NCBI RefSeq assembly: GCF_009914755.1
Contig: NC_060925.1
Source: the human T2T-CHM13v2.0 reference genome, Homo sapiens
Strand: one strand, 5' to 3'
Length of the DNA stretch: 64,000 bases
In this document: piece after piece, positions 1 through 17,963 of the stretch
How the letters are laid out: each line of letters starts with the position of its first letter
How positions within the stretch are numbered: position 1 is the first letter of the stretch
Made by a program: the position numbers and the translations under genes
Notes under the pieces: generated by a model
What the model was told of the DNA's origin: nothing
Databases searched by the model: none
The model's input: the letters and a program-made list of their open reading frames with translations, nothing else

Positions 1-222
<222 letters not shown>

Positions 223-1974
223 CCATCATCATCATCCATATTTTAGTAAAAGTGAGAAGATAGTGCTCAGAGAGATTGATGAACTTGCCCTGGGGTTGCC
301 CAGCCAGTGGGTGACAGAGCTGGGAAGCAAACTCAAGTTTCTTTGACTGCATGCCAGGCAGAGCAACTCGGCCACCAACGCTTTTTGTTTGCATGGCAGA
401 TTCTGCTGTGCTCGTTCTCCCCACTGCCCTCTGCTCCCTCAGCATCCTGGTGAAGTAGACATCACAATCACACACCACAGATTTGGAAGCTGAGGCTCAG
501 ACTAGCCAAAGGCAAGTCCTGGCCAAGGCCAAGGACTGAAACTGGAACACACGCCTTGAGACCAAAGGCCAGAGCTTGCCTCACTCTAGGGCACAAATAT
601 CAGGTAAGCTGATGGTTCACCGAAAGCACACCAAATTCTGCTGATCCCCAGGAGGAGGTGTCTGGGCCTGGGGATTTGCAGGTCGCCTGCTCCAGCGGTT
701 CCCTGCCAGACCCCAAGGATCCCCTGTCACCCACAGCCGCCTGGAGGGTTCAGAACCTACCTCCAACCCACCCTGGAAAGTGTGACATGCCTAACCCAGT
801 TCAACTCTATAAATAATAACACCAACAATAGCTGTCCTTTGTAGAGTCCTTCCCATGGGCGGGGCAGCATGCTAAGCCTTCACCTGGAGTAACTCAGCAG
901 ACTCACTGGAATGAAGTAGATGCTTTTCTCCTCCTTTTAGAAGAGAGGAAACTGAGGCACAGGGAGGTCAGGCAACAAGGTCACATGGCTGGTCAGCAGC
1001 TCAGCCTCCACGGCCTGCCCATAACCCCAAGCAGGTACAGTCCTCACTAATACTAACAGCAACAACAATTGCTAAGTGCCCACTGAGGACCCCCTGAGGG
1101 AGGGGCTGTTAGCATCCCCCACTTGATAGGAGAGAAAACTGGGGCACAGAGGGGAGTGGCTGGCCCAGGGTCACACCATTGAGGGCAGAGCTGGGATTTG
1201 AATCCAGAAAGGGCAGCCCCGGGACCATGCTTTGAGCCGCCTCTGCTCACGCGGTGGCACGGGGGGGCCCCAGGGCATCCTGTGGTTCTCTCCAGCTGTC
1301 CAGCAGAAGCGTTTCTGCCCCATTCTCCCCTCCCTTCCTGAGCTCTTGGTTTGCTACTCATCTGGCCTGATCAGCTGGGGGCCTGCCCTCTGGCACCTGC
1401 AAGCTGAGCCCCTCCTCCATCAAAGCTGCCTTCTCCCCCACCCTCACAGCACCCCTCTGTGTGGCCCTCTCTCCCGCGGAGCCCTCTCGACGGACTAAAG
1501 CAGACTCAGAAGGTCCAAGCTACAAACCCACTGGACAGGTGGGAGGACAGATGCCCCAAAGAGGATGACCTGACTTGCCCAAGGCCACACCCTGCTCCCC
1601 TCCCCACTAGACTTAAGCAGCCTGCCCCACAGCCTCCGGTCCCCATCCCAAGCCAGCACGCACATCTCTTCCCCAAATCTCATCCCCAACAACAGCATGG
1701 AGTGAGACCTCCTGCCAGTGTCCCAGGAAGAGCTCTCAGCTCCGAGATGCTCTGCCAGCTGGCAGGGCCAGGTCCCCATAGAGGCCACCTGCTACGTGAG
1801 AACACAGGGCAGTCACCACCAGGAGGCTCTTGGGCCAGTCTGGCTCAGCAGCTACTGTCTCTTGCCAACTGTATGCAGGACACACCCTGTTAGCTTTAGG
1901 CTAGCAGAGCCAACAAGCCCAGATGCCTCAAAGAGCCAGTTCGTTCATTGTCCCTTTCAAGGGACCAGATTTCT

Positions 1975-2145
1975 TAGGCCGTAGTTCCCAAGCACCAGGT
2001 TGTGAACCAGCTACAACGGAATCACTCCTCAAAAATAATAGCTTCCAGGGTCCTGCTCCGAAGAGAGTGTGATCCAACTGGTCCTGGGGAGGGTCTAGGA
2101 ATCTGTATTTTAACAGCCCTGTTCCCACCCACATCATCCTGGCAA
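1975..2145. mobile_element. MER5-like hAT-Charlie DNA transposon relic
   Basis: CCGTAGTTCCCAAG..GAATCAC..GGGAGGGTCTAGGAATCTGTATTTTAACAG motifs. Confidence 0.5.
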
Positions 2146-2577
2146 GCAGGCTTCGGAACCTCTCTTTGCTCAGAGCAAGCACTTCACTCACAGAGGGTCA
2201 AACTTGGAGGCAGTTTAAAGACCTTCTAGTCTAGCCCACCCATTGTCCAGACAGGAACACTGAGGCTTAGGGGGCTTGTCCTGGGTCACAGAGTGACTCA
2301 GTGACAGTGCTATGACCCAAACCCCAGTGTCCCAACTCCTAGACCAGGAAGCTTGCCCTTCTGTTAAGACATTTTGGGAAGATGGCAAGAAAGTCCTTCC
2401 AGCTCAGGGCAGGAAGTCGTCCTTGGCACAGAGCAAGACCTTTGTGGAAAATTGGTGGATGGGAATGAAGAACATTGAATTGGGGGCAGATACTGCCTGT
2501 TTCTGCCTGTCTCTCCCCCATTCCATGAGGTCCTGGTAGGGCTTAGTCACAATGCTCTACAAAACATAGTCACGGGA

Positions 2578-2631
2578 ACACACACACACTCATGCACATA
2601 CAGACACACACAGACATACACACACACACAC
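2578..2631. repeat. Imperfect (CA)n microsatellite
   Basis: ACACACACAC..CACACACACAC. Confidence 0.85.
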
Positions 2632-2644
2632 TTCGTGGGTGTGA

Positions 2645-3352
2645 GATCAGGCCAGGCTGCCCAGAATTCTAATCCCCCTGATCACACTGATTGGCTCAAG
2701 AATGAACACCATGGGTTGGGTGTGGTGGCTCACGCCTGTAATCCCAGAACTTTGGGAGGCCGAGACAGATGGATCATCTGAGGTCGGAAGTTTGAGACCA
2801 GCCTGGCCAATATGGTGAAACCCCGTCTCTACTAAAAATACAAAAATTAGCTTGGCATGGTAGCACGTGGCTGTAATCCCAGCTGCTCAGGAGGCTGAGG
2901 CAGGAGAATCGCTTGAACCCGGGGAGGCGGAGGTTGCAGTGAGCTAAGATCATACCACTGCAATCCACCCTGGGCGACAGAGCAAGACTCTGTTTCAAAA
3001 AAAAAAAAAAAACACCTGACCCAAGAAGATCAATCAGAGATTTGACACCTGAACCCAGCAAGGAAGATCTCTCTTCCTTTTGGGTAATGAGTTATAGGGG
3101 TTCGGGGCTACCATTGGCCTTCTTCCCTAACACATGGAGAAAGGCTTTGTGAGAACACCTGAAGGGACGCAGACTCCAGATACGCAAAACAGATGATGTC
3201 CTAACAATAGCATTTGGGCTCCTGGATCTAGCCTTTCCTGAAACTGGGAAACCCTGAGCACCCAGTTATGTGAGCCAATAAACTCACTTTTTGACTTAAG
3301 CTTGTTTAAGGTGGGGTTTTTGTCACTTGCAACCAAAACAGTGCTGACTAGG
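2645..3352 (+). mobile_element. Old MLT1-type MaLR LTR interrupted by an Alu (+, ~2715-3012)
   Basis: TGATTGGCTCAAG..TGTGAGCCAATAAA..TTTTGTCACTTGCAACCAAAA..CTGACTA terminus typical of MLT1. Confidence 0.6.
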
Positions 3353-3589
3353 GTCCTGGGACACACCTGTTTGGGGGCAGAAAGTGGGAGGCAGAACATT
3401 TCATTGCCCTCAGCCCCTGTGACGGTCTAGGGAGGCCCTTGTCCATAAGGAAGGCATGGGATCTCGGGAGAAGCCACCTGAAGATCACAGGGGCATGTCC
3501 TGGACCGAGAGTCAAAACACCTGGGCTCTTTCACTCCCAAGCTGCGTGACCTTCGACCAGTCAACCAACCCCTCCTTTATCAAGCATGC

Positions 3590-4400
<811 letters not shown>

Positions 4401-7400
4401 TCAGACGTGATTGTGTAAAAGCCTTGAAATTACAGAGGGCTCTGCAGATGAGAGAGGGTGCATTCAAACCCAAAGACAGTCCTTCTAGAACACTACTACC
4501 ATTAGATTGCCTTTGGAGCAAGTAGAACTGGAATTATCATCCTACTCTTCAGATGGGTAAACTGAGGCACAGCAAGGTTAAATGCCTTGCCCTAAGACTT
4601 GCAGCTCGTTTTCCAAAGATCCAGAACTGGAAGTCAAGACAGAAGAAGGTATAATCCAGGCCAGCTGGGGTTAACCAAGGAGTGTGTCTTGGAGGAGGTA
4701 GACAGGCGCCCGCCACACACATGCACACCCTGTATGCACACACACCCATGCACACTGTCTCTTTCTGCCAGCCCTGGCTGAATTAAGAATGCATGTGCTG
4801 TAGAGGACCGGCTAGACAATTTTCCTGTCACTCCCGCTCCTAGTTTCTCCCACCTCGTCCTTGGACACAACTGGGAATCTCTTTAAGGCTCACAATTGGG
4901 CCCTTTCAACTGGCATTGGTTCCACGCCTCACCACGTGACTCCGCCTCTCCCCAAGCTTTTCAGTGGCCACTTTCTCAGCCCAACGAAGCCTGACAAATC
5001 CTTCCTGCAAACGTGCATGTCCCGGGCTCAGAATAACCTACCAAAAGAAAATAAAACCCCCATGAAGTGAGTCCAGGTGACTCAAAGCGTTCTGTTGGCA
5101 GCAGCATTTCCGGCGTCTGCTTTCTCTCTGGATCACAAACATTTCTCATCTGCTGGAGCCATTCAAGACAAGGCCACAGGCAGCCAAGGAAGCCCATGGC
5201 CCTGGAGACCCCAAACAACTGCACTGAAATGATTAGATGCTCCCCATCTTCCTGCCAGGAGTGTGTTGGGGGCCGGGGAAGGAAGACATCTGGTCTTTTG
5301 TACAAATAGAGAATAACAACAATCGTAGTAATTGTCAGTACAAAGTTATTGCCACTCACTATATGCCAGCCATTGTTCTGTTAATAGGCACTTTGCATTT
5401 CTTAGCTCATTTAGTCCTAACACCAAGTCACTAAGACAATTATTAATACTGTGCCCATTTTACAGATGGGAACACTTGCAAAGACTGAATCCATCTGACA
5501 ACCCGTGATCAACACCCTTACATGGCAATGATCAGTGGAGCAGAGAAATGGCTGCCCCTTTAGGTGGGACGCGCTGTTCCAATTTGCCACAGCCCCCACC
5601 AGTCCCTGTTATATTACACCCTGTCTGTCTCACCCATTTAAGTCACTTGCTCTGCACCTATGGGTGTCTGAGTTGTCAACCTCTACACTATGCTGCCTCC
5701 TCCCTCATACTTCCTTCACTCTCATCTCCTTCTTCAGGAATCAGGATTTGGGGCCTAAATCTGCAGAAAGCTCGACCCTTCCCTTTCCTACAGACTGACT
5801 CCTCCAGGAAGCCTTCCCTGCTTAATCACCAATGCTGCAAATGTCTAAGCTGAAAGGATTATTTGAGGTCATTTGGTTCTAACCCGTCAGTTACAGATGA
5901 GGATACTGAGGCCCAGAGAGCTAGGAATGCTGCTGTCTGCCTGGTCCTACGCCTAACGGTGATCAAGCCCTGTCCGCCAACAAGGTCAGCATGCCCCTTC
6001 CTACCTGTCGGGGAGGTAGGGCTGGGGTTGTTCCCGTGCCCATTTTATGGATGAAGGAACTGAGGCAAGATGCTGGGTCTCTCTTTGCAATGTCTGAGGC
6101 TGCTCTCACTTCCGAGGGCTCCCTGACCACGGGCCAAGGCTGTTTGGCCCTCCCAGTATTCCTGATGCTTCCATCAGTCCCTGAGCTCTAGAACCAGGTC
6201 TGAGCCCCCTCACCTTTGCCTGGGCACAGGGCCTCAAGGAGCCCTAGCTTTGTGCTGCACCTAAGCCTCCTTGTCTGATATTCTGGCCCTTCGTTCCACC
6301 TCCTGCATTTCACATCTGGCCCAGCTACACTGTCCTTCCAGGGGTAGGTGGAGCCTGTATTCTGCTTATTTCCCAACAGAAGAAAGAGCATCCCAGAGAG
6401 GCTAAATGTGACCTAAGGTCACACAGGGACTCCTGGCAAAGCTGGCAGCAGCACCTGACCCCAACCCCTGTCTTACCATGTTTTTCTCTCCACTCTGTGA
6501 CCCATTCTCTCTGCTCAGGCCTCCCTCTGGGGACCCCGACCATCTGGAAGACATTCCTTTTTCTGAGTGGGCAGTAGAGTCTTAGACCCACCCCAGACAG
6601 TCATTTTTGTGGAACCTTTGATACACACACCCTGGCAGGACCCTTAGGGTCCCCTCCCTCCTACTTCCAGGACCTGCCTATCTCTGGATAACCCAAGACT
6701 GTCTGTACAGCTGTGCAGGTTGCACACTGCTCGCCCAGCACAGCCACTTACTACAGTCCTAATTGTCACTCACTAGGCATCCCCACACATCCTGCACAGT
6801 ACAGCTGCCAAATGCAGGAAGGGTTGCAGCAGCCTGCCACTCCCGGGCACCAGTGAGCTTCTCCTTCTCCACTCTGCACCTCCTAACCCTCCCACCACCA
6901 CCTCTGAAGCAATCAGGAGGCCACCAGGACTGGCAGGAAAGGTCCCCTGAGTAGGGGAAATCTTGCTTGGCCATAATTAAACTCCACTGCTGTGCAGGCT
7001 GCAGACAAAAAGGAACCCATAATGGGATTAGAATTGTAATAAATTAAAATCATAAATTCAATAAACGCCTTCTTGGCCTCCCTCTGGAAATGGCCAGCCC
7101 ACAGCAACTGGCTTTGGTAGGCATAACGGAGGGGCCATGGGAAGACAGGTCAGTGCAGCTCTTGAATCCCAGCTCTAGCACATGCGAGCAGTGAGACCTG
7201 GGATGGGTACGTGCATTCAGGTGTACTCCCCCCTCCCACCCTGAGAACACCTTTCACCCACCCTTGTACTCATCCTCTCATTTTGCCTGTAATTTATTGA
7301 GTTCCTACTGTGTGCTGGACTCTGTGTCAATCAGTGGGGAAAACAGCAGCAAGACAGGCAAGGTCACGGGGCTGGCATTCCAACAGGGGACACAGCAGCA

Positions 7401-7487
7401 GGCAAGTTCACGAATCATGAGTTATCACTGCAGAGGGGCCACAAATCAGAGGTCCAGGAGACCAACTGTGGGGAAGGGGGAACATGA

Positions 7488-8660
<1,173 letters not shown>

Positions 8661-8662
8661 AA

Positions 8663-8797
8663 AATATATATATACATACATTCATATACACAGACACATA
8701 TGTGTATATATACATACATATATAATAAATGTATTTTGTTATGTAGGATGCACAAAACATGTGTCTTAACACACACTCACACACACACACACACACA
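8663..8797. repeat. (TA)n/(CA)n compound microsatellite
   Basis: ATATATATATACATAC..CACACACACACACAC. Confidence 0.85.
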
Positions 8798-8836
8798 TTT
8801 ATTGTCTGTAGAGCTGCGACAGGTTTGTGCCTTACT

Positions 8837-9608
<772 letters not shown>

Positions 9609-10961
9609 CCTCCAAATGCAGGCATTCTGATCAATCCCGTTTCATCTGATCACTTTGCGGAGGCGGGAAGTCTGAGTGGACAGAGACAATAGTATGGTCA
9701 GTCTTCATGGACTGCAGTTCACATCATCTACATCTGCAAATTTTACAAACACACATAAGCGTGTGGACATGAGGCTAAGGCCCCTCTCAGGGCCTCGGAA
9801 GGGATCTGTGCAATAGAAGGCCCCAAGCCCTGAGAGCCATCGGTGTTTGGCAACTCCGCATTAGTCTCATTCAAATAACTCAAAGCAGATGTGGTGTTGG
9901 GGCCACAGAGAGCCTGGAAGAGGAGCTGGTGCCAGTCCAGCTGGGGCTTCGTGGCTCAAAGTAGGGGCCTGACCTCGTCCTATTCCCCAGTGGTGCTGGC
10001 GTCAGTCCCCAGTGGCTGTCGGGTGGTGGACGGGCTGGAGGAGAAGGGGTGGGCGCCAGGCAGATCACTGCAGGAGTCTCCCCTTCAGGATGTGGTGGAG
10101 GAGATGGTGGGATGGGGGTGAGGGTGAGGAAGGGAAGCAGGGGAACCGCTTAGCAGGGAGCAGCCCCAAGAGTTTCTGCCAGGTGGGAGGTGGGCTTGGG
10201 GAGGAGCAATGTCAGAGCTGACTCCAAGACTCTGGCTGAGAGTTGGGAAGAGCCCAAGGGGTGGGGTGGGCGGGGGCTGTGACAGAGAAGAGGGCACCCG
10301 TGTGCTCACCTCCCCTTCCCACCTCCAGCCTGCAGGACAGAAAAAAGCAAGTCTTTCCTCACTTCCCTGCACCTGCCAAACCACCATGTTGGGACAACAC
10401 CAGACCAAGGACCCCTCCCCACCCAGTGTTACCAGTAAGGCTGAGAGCTTCAGCTCAGGACGAGGTCTGCAAAAAACAGACAGAAACAGAAACAAACAGG
10501 TTTCTTTCCTCTTTGACTAGGCTCTCTGGGCTTCTCAGGTTCCTACAGGACCCCGCCCATTCCCAAGCCCTGTGCTCTGCCCCACCTCTGCAGCCCCCCA
10601 TGCCTAGCCCTCTGGGGGTCTCCATCCCTCCCATCCCAACGCCCAAGCCAAGCCCAGAGTCATTGTGAGCACTTATTAAGCCACTAATTAATTGAATTTT
10701 TCCCCCTCATTGCATGCTGTTAATTAGTTTCTTGTAGTAACAGAGACTATTATTATTCTTGGAAGTAATAACTTGGTCCCGGAGGCAGTTTTAATGCTAC
10801 TTATAATTACCAGAGGAGGCAGAGTCTTGGGCTTAGGTGGGCGGAGCTAATCCAGCACAAGAAAGGAGGAAAGTCAACATGGTTCTTCCTTGTCTAAAAG
10901 ATGTCTTTTATTTTGCCTTACTATTGTTCTGTATTTTCTAAATTTTCTGCAATGGAAAGCA

Positions 10962-12390
<1,429 letters not shown>

Positions 12391-12959
12391 TCAGGGTCTC
12401 CTTGAGGGCACGATGTTTAAGCTGAGATCAGAAGGATGAGCAAAGAAAAAAAAAGACACTAGCATAGAAAAAATGCATCCTAGAGGACACATATGTGTTT
12501 ATCTCTTGTGGGGGGGGTGTTCAGTGCACTGCCCCCTGACCAGATTCCTGCCATGTTCTCAGAGCCCAGTGAAAAGCTATCACTCACACCAATAAAAGCA
12601 CCTATTAACCTTGAGTGAGACCTCAATTAGCAACAAGGCCTTAGCTCCACCATCAACCTGGGTATGGGAGGGAAGGGTGGCAGGGCACCACACCCGACTG
12701 TTAAAGCCACCTGTGATGTTAAAAAGTGGCCACGCAGGGGTTGAAAACTCTTAACTCTCCAATGGGAATTCATGTTACTATTCCTCAGTTCTTCCACAAC
12801 AAGCAACCGCTTCCCAGCAGCAGAGACATCTTTTGCTGCTCCAATGTGACAGCCATCCTCTGCTGCTGCTCCAGAGAAGAGCATCAGTCAAAGCATCTGG
12901 GTGCAGTGGTGCACTGGTCCATGCTGAGATAGCCCTGCAAAGAGGAAACCCCCTGATTG

Positions 12960-13115
12960 ACAGCACCTGCCCATTCCCATGGTATAAATACTCCCACTGC
13001 AGTCAATTTCACAGCACCTGCCCATTCCCATGGTATAAATACTCCCACTGCGGTCAATTTCACAGCACCTGCCCATTCCCATGGTATAAATACTCCCACT
13101 GCAGTCAATTTCACA
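12960..13115. repeat. 51-bp tandem repeat x3 (ACAGCACCTGCCCATTCCCATGGTATAAATACTCCCACTGCRGTCAATTTC)
   Basis: Units at 12960-13010, 13011-13061 and 13062-13112; a single A/G difference. Confidence 0.95.
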
Positions 13116-14521
13116 CCACCAACCTGAAGTCATCGAAGGCCAAGTTGGGAAGAGAGGCATACGGCTATAGCCCACTGCAGCACACCGCCGCTTGTGGCGT
13201 GACCCTGGGCACATCTCCTCCTCTGTACAATGGGGGTTAAATGGGATAACGTAAGTAGCCTTGGTGAAGGGCCGGACAAGAGTTGGGGTTGAAAAAGTAA
13301 GAGTTTCCTTCTCCCACCCAGGAGAAGGAAACTCCTCTGCTTTTGCAGAGGAGTCCTGGGACAACGTTGGGAAATATCACTGCAGCATTAAGGGACTGAG
13401 TTATCTTGCTCAACCATCTGGGCCAATGTGGGATGGGGTGGGGACGGGAGTGGGAGAGGGGGCAGGACAGGGAATGTAGAGATCTATTCCCGCCCCCAGC
13501 CAGAGCTCATAACAGTCTTGCCTCCTGGGTGGGAGCAGAAAGATGGAAAAGGAAACACCACTTATGCTCCCAAGGACAGGACCCGGCTTGGCTGGTTCGC
13601 CCCTGTATACCCAGCCCCCAGCCCAGTGCGCAGCAGGAAACAGCAGATGTTCAATAAATGTTTCCCAGATGAATGAGGGAATGAATGAATCATGGAGTTC
13701 TCCCCAAATAGAGGGTGACTGCCTCCTCCCCTCTCTCAGCTTCCCCAGCGCAGCACCCTGACAGGCAGCCTGAATCGTGAGCTGGGCTCTGGAATGGATT
13801 GCCAGGCAAGCTGCCCCCTGGGACCCTGGAAAGTCTCTCCGGGCCTTCGGACAGGCCTGCGGTGCTGTGTGAGAGCAGGTTAGAGACAGCCCTGTGATTC
13901 ATGGCAGCAAACGCCTGGGAAATAAATATCACACTGCCCTAGCCCTTCCCATCTCAGCCTCTAATATCCTTTCTGAGGGAAGAGACCTGATTATTCAGGG
14001 CCCGTGGTGACAGCTAACAAGTAAATCAGTGCCCTGGAGATTGCTCCCTGGGGAAATTGGCTGTGGCTTCTGGTGATGGCCACTTCACAGGGGCTGTATG
14101 GGAGGAGGAGGGGTCACACTGGGGCAGAAGTAGGGGCAGAGGTGCGTGTAGAGAGACTCCCTGCCCCTTGTCCTGCTTCCCGTGAAGCTCACCTGATGGG
14201 GAGTGCCCCTCACCCCACCCCAGGGTGGTCATTGTGAATAGGAATGTCCCTTGCTTCCACCCCAGCCCTATGCTGTCAGGGGCCTTCCTGGGACAGTGCC
14301 AGCTTGCAGGTGAAACAGACAGAGGCACAATTCAAAGTGGGCATCGTATGGTCTTCTGGGCATGAGTCCTCCAGAGCCTGCCTCCCAGGCCCTAAATCCT
14401 GGACCCAAATCCACCCATGTAGGCTGGGGTGGATGGGAACCAAATTCACCAACAACAGTTTTCTGAGATCACATCCCCATTCCCAAGGTGAACACCTAAT
14501 TCTTTTGTTTGCCTGTCTGTC

Positions 14522-14810
14522 TTTAGACAGGGTCTCCCTCTGTCATAGGCTGGAGTGCAGCAGCACAAACTTGGCTCACTGCCGCCTCAACCTCCTGGGC
14601 TCGAGCAATCCTCCCACCTCAGCCTCCCAAGTAGCTAGGACCGCAGGCGTGTACCTCCATGCTCAGCCTTTTTTTTTTTTTTTTTTTTTTTGTAGAGAAG
14701 GGGTTGAACCGTGTTCCCCAGGCTAGTCTCAAACTCCTATGCTGAAGTGATCATCCCGCCTTGGCCTCCCAAAGTGCTAAGATTACAGGCATGAGCCACC
14801 ATGCTCGGCC
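14522..14810 (-). mobile_element. AluJ-like element
   Basis: AGACAGGGTCTC..CTCCTGGGCTCGAGCAATCCTCCCACC..CCCAAAGTGCT. Confidence 0.85.
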
Positions 14811-15879
14811 TCCTAATTCTTTTATGTGCCTGGCACATATTAGCCCCTCAATAAATACTTGCTGAATGAATAGATGAATAAATAAAGGCATGAAGAAACG
14901 GTTACAAACAGAACAGGCACGGGCGTGCATTTTTCATCTGTTTCTCTGGCTCGTTATGTTCCTAATCTTTCCAAGAATGCACCAGCACTTTTCATCATGG
15001 CAGCAATAGAATTCACTGGGTCACACTAATTTCTACTCTCTTGCTTCAAGCACTGCTTGGGCTTGGGACTTTTTCTTCCTCCAACTGTCAAGATGACACT
15101 ACCCTGAAATCCTCTTGCTAGCTCCAGATGGTGGGCATCACATGCAAGATGACTCCTGTGCCTGCTGACCTCCAGGACAGTAGAAAGTCTTTCTGCATCC
15201 CCAGCAGGCCCCATACGACAGCCCTCATGGTCAGAATTCCAGATGCTGGGGTGGGCAAGAGGACACTCCGGGGGGAAGGGAGCCTTCTCTGTTGCCTTAA
15301 AACCTCATGGAAGAGTGAGCTCAGGGGACTAGTGCCTACAGGGCTTTGCAGAGAAAGTAAACATGAACTTGGTAAGAGTTAAGAGCCCAGTTCTAAGTTC
15401 TCCCCAAGGTCAGCAGGATACAGCAGCACCAATCCCGCTGCCTGCCACTCCGGCAAGTCTTTCTCCTAATTATATCTGAATTATGCAAATCAATACCAAT
15501 GTCAGTATATGATTTCCTCTAACAAGTTGAGAACATGCAAGAAGTGAAGACCTGGGGAGACGGAAAGCATCTAATTAGGAGCGAGTTTCTGTGTTTTTCT
15601 TTTGGTTGAGGGAATAAATGGCTGCATGACAACCCCAGAGAAGACCAGGTAAAGGATGGAGCAGGACAGAGAGTGGAAAGAACACGAAGATGGGCTGTGG
15701 GCAGGGGGCAGGGAGATTGGGGCCATGCTGAGAGCGTGATGGGTGCAGCATCAGATGCAGAGCAAAAATGTGATCTTGGCAGCTCTCTTTCCACCAAGCA
15801 GTTAAAAATGCCCCAACACTGGAAGTTGGGGGCCCAGTAACACTGAGTAGGCACAGACTGTTACTGAGGACATGGGCTC

Positions 15880-16536
<657 letters not shown>

Positions 16537-17191
16537 TTACAGCTGTCTTATGCTGGGCCTTTGCTGTGTGCCCCTACTAAGCACTGCACCTCCACGATCT
16601 CATTTAATCCTCAACACTCTGAGTTAGGTATGATTAGGACCCCATTTCAGAGATGAAGACAGTGAGGGCAGGAGGTGAAATGTTTGCTATTTACATAGGC
16701 TGTAAGTAGCAAAGCTGGGGCACAAACCATGGTATCCAACTGCACCTCACTGCCCCATTAAGTGCAATTGGGGGATTACAGACAGACAGAGCACAGAGAG
16801 CCGGCAGGGAGTTGTCTATGGTGGAGAGGGGGAGAGAGGATAAAGACTCCCCCCTTTAAGCTCTGGGGGTCTTGGCAAAAGGATCCCCCCTCTTGAAAGC
16901 CTCTAGTGCATGAAAGAAGCACCAGGGCCTGAGGTCCAGGAACGGGAAGTTCATCTGGGTGGGGGTTAGCTTAGCTCCCTTTGGATCACTTTGTTATGGC
17001 ATCTCCTCCCTGGGTAGGGATAGAACACACCCGATGAGCCCTTTATGTGTTCAATGAACAAATATTCTCCAAGCAGAGGGCCCTGAATGTGGCATTATAG
17101 CATAGTGGTTAAGAAGCTGGAATCTGGAGACAGGCTACCTCCGTCCACTCCCAGCTCTGCCACTGGTAGCCATTTGGCTTGTGACAAGTCA

Positions 17192-17963
<772 letters not shown>

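Noticed and set aside
10483-10493. GAAACAGAAAC IRF-like motif
   Set aside because: Sits in an (A/C)-rich simple run far from a promoter and lacks the terminal consensus base.
12960-13115. 51-bp and 37-bp (25677-25791) repeats as CRISPR-like arrays or repeat proteins
   Set aside because: Head-to-tail units without spacers in primate DNA; these are minisatellites.
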